A stretch of DNA of 41,232 nt from a virus (Duplodnaviria > Caudoviricetes): positions 1 to 41,232 of IMG/VR virus record IMGVR_UViG_3300035148_000256; one strand, given 5' to 3'. The notes beneath the pieces are model-generated. The model saw only the letters and a program-made list of their open reading frames with translations, did no database searches and was not told where the DNA came from. Each line of letters starts with the position of its first letter. Positions within the stretch are counted from its first letter, which is position 1. Positions 34,239-41,232 of this stretch are shown here, in pieces. The translations under genes were made by a program, and so were the position numbers.

Positions 34239-37061
34239 ATGGCCGACGATCCGCAGTGGGTTCGTGATCTCCATGTGATCGCGGATCGCAGTTCGCCCGC
34301 GTATCAACGCGCGTTCATCGAGAGCGTGATTGAGGCGCGGGCGGCTGTGGACGCTTCGGCCATCACCGCCGCGCTACGTGCCGGGGATACCGCGACCGCG
34401 TTCGCGCTCGCCAGCGACGCCGCCTCGGTGCTGGACGCCAGCTTCCAGACGCGGCTCCACGCCGTCACGGTTGACAACCTGCGGCGCGGGGCCGCTGCTG
34501 CGATGAGCGCAGAGAACTTGACCCTACAGGGCGGGTTCAATGTGTTCAACGCCGAGACGCAGGAGTGGGCGCGCGTCTACACCTACGATCTGGTCCGCGA
34601 GATGCGCGACGATCAGATCGCCGCCATCCGCAGCGCGATCCAGCGCACGACCACCGGATCGAAAACCTACATGGAAGCGGCCCGCGAGATCCGGGGCAGC
34701 ATCGGCCTCACGGAGCGCATGGAGCAGACGGTCGAACGCTACCGTGCGCGCGTGGCCGCGCAAGGGCTGAAGCCCGACCGCGTGGAAACGCTGACCTCGC
34801 GCTACCGCGACAAGATGATCCGCCGCCGCGCCAAGACGATCGCGCGCACCGAATCCGTGCGGGCCGTCAATCAGGGGCAGGTGCAGGCGTGGCGCCAGTG
34901 GTCGCAGGCGCGCAAAGTGCCGGTGATGAAGCGGTGGATCGTCACCAAGGACGATCTGCTCTGCGAGGTGTGCAAGCCGATGCATCGGCAGACCGTGCCG
35001 TTGAACGCGCAGTTCCACGCGCTGACCGGCAAGCAAGTCGATGCGCCGCCGCTGCATCCGAACTGCCGGTGCGTGGTCGCGCTGGTGCGCGTGGCACGCG
35101 CGCAAGAGAAGGCCGCGTTGCAGGGGATGCAGGCGCCAGTCACGCCGCTGCGCGTGCGGTTCAAGCCAAAGACCGCGCCACCGCTCTCGGTCGCCAACGC
35201 CGCGATTCAGGAAGCCGTGCAGCAAGCGGTCGTCGCCGTCGCCGCAGGCAGCGCGCCCGTTGCCAGCGCGCCCGCGCGACCGGCACGATGGAGCGAGCGC
35301 GTCACGCCTGAACAGCGGCAGCGCAACATCGATCAGGCTCGCGCCCGTCGCGCCCGCCTGCGGCAGCAGCAGGCCGACCGCGCCGCCGCCAAGGAGCAGG
35401 CCCGCCGCGAAGCAGCCAAGGCCGACGCCCGCGCGCAGGCCAAGGCCAGCCGCGCCCGTGCGGAGGCCCGCACCGCCGAACTGCGCGCCCGTGCGGAGGC
35501 CGACGCCAACGCCGCGCGCCGCGCCGCCGCAGAGCAGGCCGAGGCCGACCGCATCGCCACGATCGCCCGCCTGCGCCGCGAGGCCGCAGAGCGCCGCGCC
35601 CGCGTGGAGGCCATGCAGCAACGCGAGGCCGAATCCCGCCTCGCCGTCAAGCGGGCGACCGAGGCACGCAAGGCCGCAGAACGGGCGCGGGCGCTGGCCC
35701 GCGAGGAGGACGCCCGCCGCGCCGCCGCCACCGCCCGCCGCAACGCCGAGATCGCCGCCCGCCTGCGCGCCGAGAGGCTGGCGCAGGAGGCGCGACAAGC
35801 CGCGCGGGAGGCCGCAGCGCGGGCGAACGCCGCCCCGGTCGTGTCTTCCCCTGCCGCCGCCCCCGGCGCGCCCCAAGGGGCCACCATCAGCCGCTACGTG
35901 CTGGACGCGGAGCGGCGGGGGATCGCCAGTTCCCTCGCCACGCAGTCGCCGATGAACACGCGGATCGGGCAGGCGTTCCGCAGGTGGACCGGGCCGATCG
36001 ATGAAAGCTACACGGTCACGGATGACGCATGGTCGGCGTTCCTGCGCAGCCGCGAGTTCGCCACCGCGCAGCGCGAGGTGCTGGCCGCGAATCCCGGTTT
36101 GGCGACCGCTGCGCCGCGATCGGCGTCGGGCATGCGGTCGGTCATCCGCAGTGAGGAGGAACGCCGCCGCGCCCGCGAGCGATACGCGCGGCTACAGGAA
36201 CGCCGTCGCGCCGCCGCCGCCTCGGGCCAGCCGGTGCCGCGTGCCTCGCGCATGACCGCGACCACGCCGCCACCTGCACGCCGCCGCGCGAGCAGCCCGT
36301 TCAACCTCAAGGCAGAGCCGCCAGATCCCAAGGACTACATCAGCCGGTTCGGATCGGTGCAAGACGGTCTCGGGCAAGGGCTGGCGCGCCAGAAGTTCGA
36401 GGAGTTGTTCGGGCGCGGGGCCACGGTCGAGGATGCGTTCCGCAACCTCGCCGTGCCGGTGCCGAACGGATCGCTGTGGAACGTGCGCGCGACGCCGTCC
36501 TACCACGGCAACGGGTTCTCGATCAGCGGGCAAGCCGATGGCGCTCGCATCACGCGGTCATTCACGTGGGACGCCAACGGCCACATCACGGTCGATCACG
36601 ACTACTTCCAGATCCGCGACGACCTCCAGAAAAGCAACTTCTCCAAGCGGCAACTACACAAGCAGTTCCGCTTCTACGCCGAGAACGGCATCAACACGGT
36701 CAAGGTTCACGCGAACATCGACGTCGGCGGCTATGCGTGGGCGCGTGCGGGGTTCACGCCGTCAGCGGGCAGCGTGAGTGAACTGCGGGATTGGGTCGGC
36801 ATGCGGCTCTCGCGGCTGCGCGCGTCGGGGTCCATCACGGATCAGCAAGCCTCGGTGATCGAGCATCTGCGCAGCCGCATGGAGAAGGGCGACAAGCTGG
36901 CGGTGTGGGACACGGCGGATCTGGAGGATGTGGTCACCTACAACGGCAAGACGATGAAGCTCGGGCAACACCTGCTGGTCAACTCCAACTGGTACGGCAG
37001 CGTGAACATGAAGTCGGCTGAGGCCGCAGAACGGATCATGAAATACTATGGCGTCATCTAA
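34239..37061 (+). CDS. MuF (SPP1 gp7-like) minor head protein with long charged linker and C-terminal GNAT-like domain
   Basis: RAKTIARTE, KRW....D...C..C and PPLHPNCRC; Arg/Ala/Glu helical linker; VKVHANIDVGGYAWARAGF. Confidence 0.85.
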   Translation: MADDPQWVRDLHVIADRSSPAYQRAFIESVIEARAAVDASAITAALRAGDTATAFALASDAASVLDASFQTRLHAVTVDNLRRGAAAAMSAENLTLQGGFNVFNAETQEWARVYTYDLVREMRDDQIAAIRSAIQRTTTGSKTYMEAAREIRGSIGLTERMEQTVERYRARVAAQGLKPDRVETLTSRYRDKMIRRRAKTIARTESVRAVNQGQVQAWRQWSQARKVPVMKRWIVTKDDLLCEVCKPMHRQTVPLNAQFHALTGKQVDAPPLHPNCRCVVALVRVARAQEKAALQGMQAPVTPLRVRFKPKTAPPLSVANAAIQEAVQQAVVAVAAGSAPVASAPARPARWSERVTPEQRQRNIDQARARRARLRQQQADRAAAKEQARREAAKADARAQAKASRARAEARTAELRARAEADANAARRAAAEQAEADRIATIARLRREAAERRARVEAMQQREAESRLAVKRATEARKAAERARALAREEDARRAAATARRNAEIAARLRAERLAQEARQAAREAAARANAAPVVSSPAAAPGAPQGATISRYVLDAERRGIASSLATQSPMNTRIGQAFRRWTGPIDESYTVTDDAWSAFLRSREFATAQREVLAANPGLATAAPRSASGMRSVIRSEEERRRARERYARLQERRRAAAASGQPVPRASRMTATTPPPARRRASSPFNLKAEPPDPKDYISRFGSVQDGLGQGLARQKFEELFGRGATVEDAFRNLAVPVPNGSLWNVRATPSYHGNGFSISGQADGARITRSFTWDANGHITVDHDYFQIRDDLQKSNFSKRQLHKQFRFYAENGINTVKVHANIDVGGYAWARAGFTPSAGSVSELRDWVGMRLSRLRASGSITDQQASVIEHLRSRMEKGDKLAVWDTADLEDVVTYNGKTMKLGQHLLVNSNWYGSVNMKSAEAAERIMKYYGVI

Positions 37062-37236
37062 GCCTCGTCAGCCGCGCGCGGAAATCGAAGTCGTCAACGC
37101 GCAGGGCAAGCGCGTGAGCGACCGCGAGGTGTGGGCGACCATCCTCGGCGCGGATGTGGCGCCGTGGGATCTCTCCACCGACGACTACTACAAGATGCAC
37201 CGCGCAGAGATTGACAAGCAGCGAAAAGGTTCGTAG
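37048..37236 (+). CDS. Small protein overlapping the MuF 3' end (possible immunity or partner protein)
   Basis: 62 aa; 14-bp overlap with MuF. Confidence 0.5.
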   Translation: MASSKPRQPRAEIEVVNAQGKRVSDREVWATILGADVAPWDLSTDDYYKMHRAEIDKQRKGS

Positions 37237-37297
37237 GCTATTTGCGATTCGCACGCTCGCGCGCGGCTTGCGCGCCACCGATGCAGAGTGAGGGTTC

Positions 37298-38104
37298 ATG
37301 GCGATCAAGGCGACGATCACGGCAGACGAATTCAAGGCAATCGACGCTCCGCTCCAGCCGCTCTACAAGCAGAGCGGCGACGTGTTCGTGCTGGACGCTG
37401 ACATCGAATCCCATCCCGCCGTTGCTGGCCTCAAGAACACCGTCAAGGCCACCCGCGAAGAAGCCGACAAGTTCAAGCGCGAAGCCACCGAGTTCAAGAG
37501 CCGGTTCGCCGACCTCGACCCCGACAAGGCGCGCGAGGCAATCAAGACCATCGAATCGCAGCACGACAAGAAGCTGATCGAAGAGGGCAAGGTCGATGAG
37601 TTGGTCGAGAAGCGCATCGAGCGGATGCGCGCCGAACACACCAACCAGACCAAGGCGTTGACCAAGCGCGCGGAAACGCTGGAGCAGGAGAACAAGACGC
37701 TGCTCGGCCAGTTGAGCGAGGTGCTGATCGACAGCGCGCTCACGCAGGCCGCAGTGAAGCTCGGCGTGCGGCAGACCGCCGTGGACGATGTGAAGCTGCG
37801 CGGTCGCATGGTGTGGAAGCTAGTGGACGGGAAGCCCACGCCGCATCACAGCGACGGCACGCTCTACTACGGCGCGGATGGTCGGTCGCTGTTGTCGATG
37901 GAAGAGTGGATTGGCACGCTTCAGCAGAATGCGCCCCATCTGTTTGAGGCGTCCAACGGCTCGGGGAGCGAGTCGGGTTCGGGGCCGCGCACAGCGGGAC
38001 GGCAGATCATCCTCACACGGACGCAGGCCCGCGACGTGGAGGTATGGCGCGCCGCGCAGGAGCAGGCCAAGAAGACCGGGGCAGAAGTCGTCGTGCAGGG
38101 CTGA
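37298..38104 (+). CDS. Capsid scaffolding protein
   Basis: Coiled coil; APHLFE.S.GSGS motif; directly before the coat gene. Confidence 0.8.
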   Translation: MAIKATITADEFKAIDAPLQPLYKQSGDVFVLDADIESHPAVAGLKNTVKATREEADKFKREATEFKSRFADLDPDKAREAIKTIESQHDKKLIEEGKVDELVEKRIERMRAEHTNQTKALTKRAETLEQENKTLLGQLSEVLIDSALTQAAVKLGVRQTAVDDVKLRGRMVWKLVDGKPTPHHSDGTLYYGADGRSLLSMEEWIGTLQQNAPHLFEASNGSGSESGSGPRTAGRQIILTRTQARDVEVWRAAQEQAKKTGAEVVVQG

Positions 38105-38230
38105 CGCCCTGCAAATTAGCGTCGCACCAACGACGCGCAGCGGCAGGGAGTGCCGTTGCCTCACGCGAGCGGGGATCGCCAGCGTGCCACTCGTCATCTG
38201 TGGTCGCGGCGCGCTTTGTGAGGTAAACCA

Positions 38231-39373
38231 ATGGCACAGGTGATCACTCCCTACGATCCCATCTTCTACGCGCAGGCAGGCATCGAACTGCTTGAGAAGG
38301 CGTTGGGGATGGCTGGCCGCGTCTATCGCGGCTACGACAAGAACCCTCAGCAGAAGGGTTCCACGATCCAGATTTCGAAGCCCTCCACGTTCTCGGCGCA
38401 GGACGCTCCTTCCACGGCGCAGGAACTCCAGACCGAATCGCTGACGATCCAGCTCAACTACTGGCGCGAGGTGAAGTTCGCGCTCACCGACAAGGAACTC
38501 TCCTACACGCAGGAGAAGATCATTCAGGATCACGTGCGGCCCGCCGTCTATGCGCTGGCCGACGATATCGACCAGAAGCTCGCGCTGCTCTACAAGGACA
38601 TCCCGTGGTATCAGACCGCGACCAATCCGATCGCGGTGAACGATCTGACCGGCGCGCGGTCGGTGCTGTTCAACAACAAGGTGCCGATGAACGACCTGCA
38701 CGGCATGGTCGACGGCACGACCGAAGAGCAGATGCTCCGACAGTCGGCGTTTACCCAGTGGCAGGGTGCAGGACAGGTCGGCGTCGAGTCGCAGCTTCGC
38801 GGCGCGATCGGCACGCGCTACGGCATCGACTGGTTCGCCAATCAGAACGTGCAGTCGCACACATCCGGCACGTCCACGGACGCTGTTGGCGCGGTGAACA
38901 ACGCGGGCGGCTACGCGGCGGGCATCAAGGTGATGAACGTCAACGGCCTCGACGCGTCTGGCACCGTCAAGATTGGCGACACGTTCGCCATCACCGGCCA
39001 CACGCAGCGGTACGTCGTGACGGCTGATGCAACCGCGTCCACGGGCGCCATCACTGGCCTCGCGTTCGAGCCGGGGCTGGAAGCGGCGGTCGTCAACACG
39101 CAGGTCGTGACGTTCTTCCTCGGCGGTGCGTCCAAGGTGCAGAACCTCGTGTTCCACCGCAACGCCTTCGCGCTGGCGATGGCACCGCTGCCGACCATCG
39201 GCGATGGCATCGGCGCGCGGATCGAATCGATCGTGGACCCCAAGAGCGGCCTCGCGGTGCGCTCGCGCGTGTTCTACGTGGGCGACACATCGAAGGTCTA
39301 CGTGGCGATGGACGTCCTCTACGGCGTCAAGACGCTGAACCGCAACATGGCCGTGCGTCTGAACCTGCCGTAA
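38231..39373 (+). CDS. Major capsid protein, P22 coat-like (HK97 fold with insertion domain)
   Basis: GSTIQISKP, PAVYALADDID, NLVFHRNAFALA..PL and DVLYGVK motifs. Confidence 0.9.
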   Translation: MAQVITPYDPIFYAQAGIELLEKALGMAGRVYRGYDKNPQQKGSTIQISKPSTFSAQDAPSTAQELQTESLTIQLNYWREVKFALTDKELSYTQEKIIQDHVRPAVYALADDIDQKLALLYKDIPWYQTATNPIAVNDLTGARSVLFNNKVPMNDLHGMVDGTTEEQMLRQSAFTQWQGAGQVGVESQLRGAIGTRYGIDWFANQNVQSHTSGTSTDAVGAVNNAGGYAAGIKVMNVNGLDASGTVKIGDTFAITGHTQRYVVTADATASTGAITGLAFEPGLEAAVVNTQVVTFFLGGASKVQNLVFHRNAFALAMAPLPTIGDGIGARIESIVDPKSGLAVRSRVFYVGDTSKVYVAMDVLYGVKTLNRNMAVRLNLP

Positions 39374-39396
39374 GGTTCGCGCTCGGCAACTGAGGT

Positions 39397-39460
39397 GCGC
39401 GCTGGCGCTGCCGCTGGGACTCCTTCGGCCCCGATGGAGTTGGTGGGCACGTCAGCGCGC
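39397..39460 (+). terminator. Long hairpin after the coat gene (possible attenuator or stabiliser)
   Basis: GCGCGCTGGCG/CGTCAGCGCGC outer stem with inner pairing; only a weak U-tract. Confidence 0.45.
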
Positions 39461-39480
39461 CCCGTTTCATGAGGCGCGCC

Positions 39481-39690
39481 ATGCCGACGTTCATCAAGAT
39501 CAAGAATCCCAAGAAGCCGGGAGAATCCCTCGTCCTTGCGGACACCGACTTCAATCCGGCTGTGCATGAACTGTTCAGCGAGGAGCCGGTCACGATGCCC
39601 GCGCCCGTGTCCACCGGGAACAAGCTGGACGGCTACACCGAACCGCCCATCGTTGAAGAGACGCCGCGTGCGCGTCGTCGGAGGGCGTGA
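39481..39690 (+). CDS. Small head-associated protein
   Basis: DFNPAVHELF motif, typical of small genes after the coat gene. Confidence 0.6.
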   Translation: MPTFIKIKNPKKPGESLVLADTDFNPAVHELFSEEPVTMPAPVSTGNKLDGYTEPPIVEETPRARRRRA

Positions 39691-40226
39691 TGCCGGTCAC
39701 CATCGTCGCCACACCAGCCGCCAGCAACGCGAACAGCTACGCCACGGAAGCCGAGGCGCTGGCGTATAACAGCGGCCACGTGAGCGGGGAAACCTACAGC
39801 GACGCGGATACGGACGTTCAGCGCCGCGCGCTGGCAACGGCCACGCGCCTGATCGATTCGCACCTGAAGTTCATCGGGTCGCCGACCACCACCACGCAGG
39901 CGCTCGCCTTCCCGCGCGTGGGGCTGGTCGATCCGGTCACGGGCGCCGCGATCGATTCGATGGCCGTGCCGGTGTTCGTGAAATATGCGACCGCAGAATA
40001 CGCCCGCCTGCTCATCGTGGCTGATCCGACCAAGCCGCAGGACGCCGAGATCGCGGGGCTGGAGTCGATGAAGGCGGGCGACGTCGAACTGAAATTCCGC
40101 TCGGCGGTCGAGGCGGGCGCCTCGCCCTCGCGCGTGACGCTTCCGCCGTCCGTGACGGCGTTCCTCGCCTCGTTCATGGATCAGGCGACCGTCAACGCGT
40201 CGGTGCGCCGCCTTCAGAGGTGCTAG
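39690..40226 (+). CDS. Head-tail adaptor (DnaT-like annotation family)
   Basis: ANSYAT..EA..Y, AL..ATR.ID and QALAFPR motifs. Confidence 0.75.
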   Translation: MPVTIVATPAASNANSYATEAEALAYNSGHVSGETYSDADTDVQRRALATATRLIDSHLKFIGSPTTTTQALAFPRVGLVDPVTGAAIDSMAVPVFVKYATAEYARLLIVADPTKPQDAEIAGLESMKAGDVELKFRSAVEAGASPSRVTLPPSVTAFLASFMDQATVNASVRRLQRC

Positions 40227-40595
40227 ATGGCACTGGCCGACATCCTGCGCAACGGGATCGCGCTGGCGAAGACCACGCTGTCGAACGGCGGGCTGCTTCA
40301 GGCCGTGACCGTTGAGCCGTGGGCCAGCCAAGATTCCTACGGCCAAGCCTCCTACGGATCGGCGGTGACCTACGAGGCGCTGGTCACCAACGCGGACGAC
40401 ACGGCGGTCGGCGCGAACGGCGAGGTGATCGTGCCACGGTGCGCGGTGCTGTTCCTTGAGGCGGTCGCGATCGGGCCGCTGGACCGTATCACGCTCGCGG
40501 ATGGCAGCACGGGGCCGATCGTGCGGGTTGACGAGGGCGTGCATGACGCCGCAGGGCGCATGATGACCAAGGTCTCGATCGGATACCGGCGATGA
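40227..40595 (+). CDS. Head closure/stopper protein
   Basis: Gene position; DSYG and DRITLADG motifs. Confidence 0.65.
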   Translation: MALADILRNGIALAKTTLSNGGLLQAVTVEPWASQDSYGQASYGSAVTYEALVTNADDTAVGANGEVIVPRCAVLFLEAVAIGPLDRITLADGSTGPIVRVDEGVHDAAGRMMTKVSIGYRR

Positions 40596-41032
40596 CGGTC
40601 ACCATCAAGGGTAGCGACGAATTCCGCGCGCGGCTGAAGGGCATGGGGCAGGCGGCGCTCCCGGCGTTGGCCGAGGCGCTCACGCTGGAATTCGAGGCCG
40701 TCATCGAGGACGCCAAGGAGAACTACGTGCCGACCGTCAGCACGAACCTGAAGGGCAGCGGCCACGTGAACGCGCCCGTGCTGACACCGGGGTCCGTGAT
40801 GGTGAAGGGCGGGTTCGGGAACGCCGCCTACAAGTACGCGAAGAAGGTTCACGACAACCCGCGCGCAGGCAAGACGGGCGGGTTCTCGCCCCGTGGCAGG
40901 CGCTACAAGGAATGGTCGCGGGTCGGGTCGTGGAAGTACTTGACCAAGCCGCTGCACCGCCGCGCGCGGGGGCTGGAGCGGCGGGTCTGGAACACGATCG
41001 AGCGGTTCTGGCGCCCCATCCTGTCCCAATAA
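40592..41032 (+). CDS. HK97 gp10-like tail-completion protein
   Basis: VP..S.NLKGSG, YA..VH and KYL..P motifs. Confidence 0.7.
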   Translation: MTVTIKGSDEFRARLKGMGQAALPALAEALTLEFEAVIEDAKENYVPTVSTNLKGSGHVNAPVLTPGSVMVKGGFGNAAYKYAKKVHDNPRAGKTGGFSPRGRRYKEWSRVGSWKYLTKPLHRRARGLERRVWNTIERFWRPILSQ

Positions 41033-41199
41033 CCGCGACCGCGTGCAGGGGCGGCGAGCCAAATGGCTCGGGGGCAGGCCAAATGGCACGGGCGGCTGGC
41101 GGGGCCGTAGGGCGGCGAACGGGGGGCGGCAGGGCGTAAGGCGGGCAGGCAGGCGATCGGGCCTCCTGCGGGCTGCGGTGGGCGCTGGCGGGCAAATCC

Positions 41200-41232
41200 A
41201 TGCCGATGCTTGAGGAACTCAAGGGCTACGTG
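41200..41232 (+). CDS. Start of next gene (likely tail terminator), 3'-truncated
   Basis: MPMLEELKGYV runs off the window end; position only. Confidence 0.35.
   Translation, partial: MPMLEELKGYV

Larger units (their letters stand above)
1..41232 (+). mobile_element. Tailed bacteriophage genome segment (partial; most of the tail module lies outside the window)
   Basis: TerL, portal, MuF, scaffold, coat and head-tail genes in canonical order, plus lysis and replication modules; single-strand gene orientation; no host housekeeping genes. Confidence 0.96.

Noticed and set aside
716-41222. Long minus-strand ORFs (e.g. 8658-10553, 11986-13716, 3980-5656, 37820-39157)
   Set aside because: They are shadows of GC-rich plus-strand genes with recognisable motifs; their translations are Arg/Ala/His-rich with no family signal.
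1-41232. Frequent GCGATCGC/CGATCG as a HIP1-like repeat
   Set aside because: Largely explained by common GCG/ACG-ATC-GCN codon runs in a high-GC genome; enrichment cannot be shown without counting.
1-41232. Diversity-generating retroelement, tRNA genes or terminal repeats
   Set aside because: No reverse transcriptase motif, no adenine-specific repeat pair, no cloverleaf noticed, and the two window ends do not overlap.

Overview
The window is about 41 kb of a GC-rich tailed-phage (Caudoviricetes, probably siphovirus-like) genome, with every credible gene on the + strand. It opens inside a repetitive tail-fibre-like gene and a lysis cassette (GH108 endolysin, lectin-GH fusion, holin). An early/middle region of about 24 kb follows, built from repeated promoter, hairpin and GGAGACGAC start cassettes. 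That region encodes a SNF2 helicase, HD hydrolase, amidoligase, class II GATase, Mgm101-like annealase, exonuclease, replication initiator, DnaB, resolvase, HNH proteins, two DNA MTases, an O-acetyltransferase and an O-methyltransferase. Packaging and head genes come last (TerS, TerL, portal, MuF fusion, scaffold, P22-type coat, head-tail genes), and the window ends at the start of the tail module. No integrase, CRISPR array or tRNA was seen. The most notable observations are four. (1) A 24-aa motif (19/24 identical, with 8 synonymous codon differences) is shared by the early amidoligase and a MuF protein that carries a GNAT-like C-terminal domain. (2) A candidate antisense-RNA control unit overlaps the initiator start. 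(3) A start-associated motif occurs 15 times exactly, plus 2 variants, only in non-structural genes. (4) Three 16-bp repeats are phased exactly 63 bp apart between TerS and TerL. All family assignments come from motif recognition by eye; no database searches were run.
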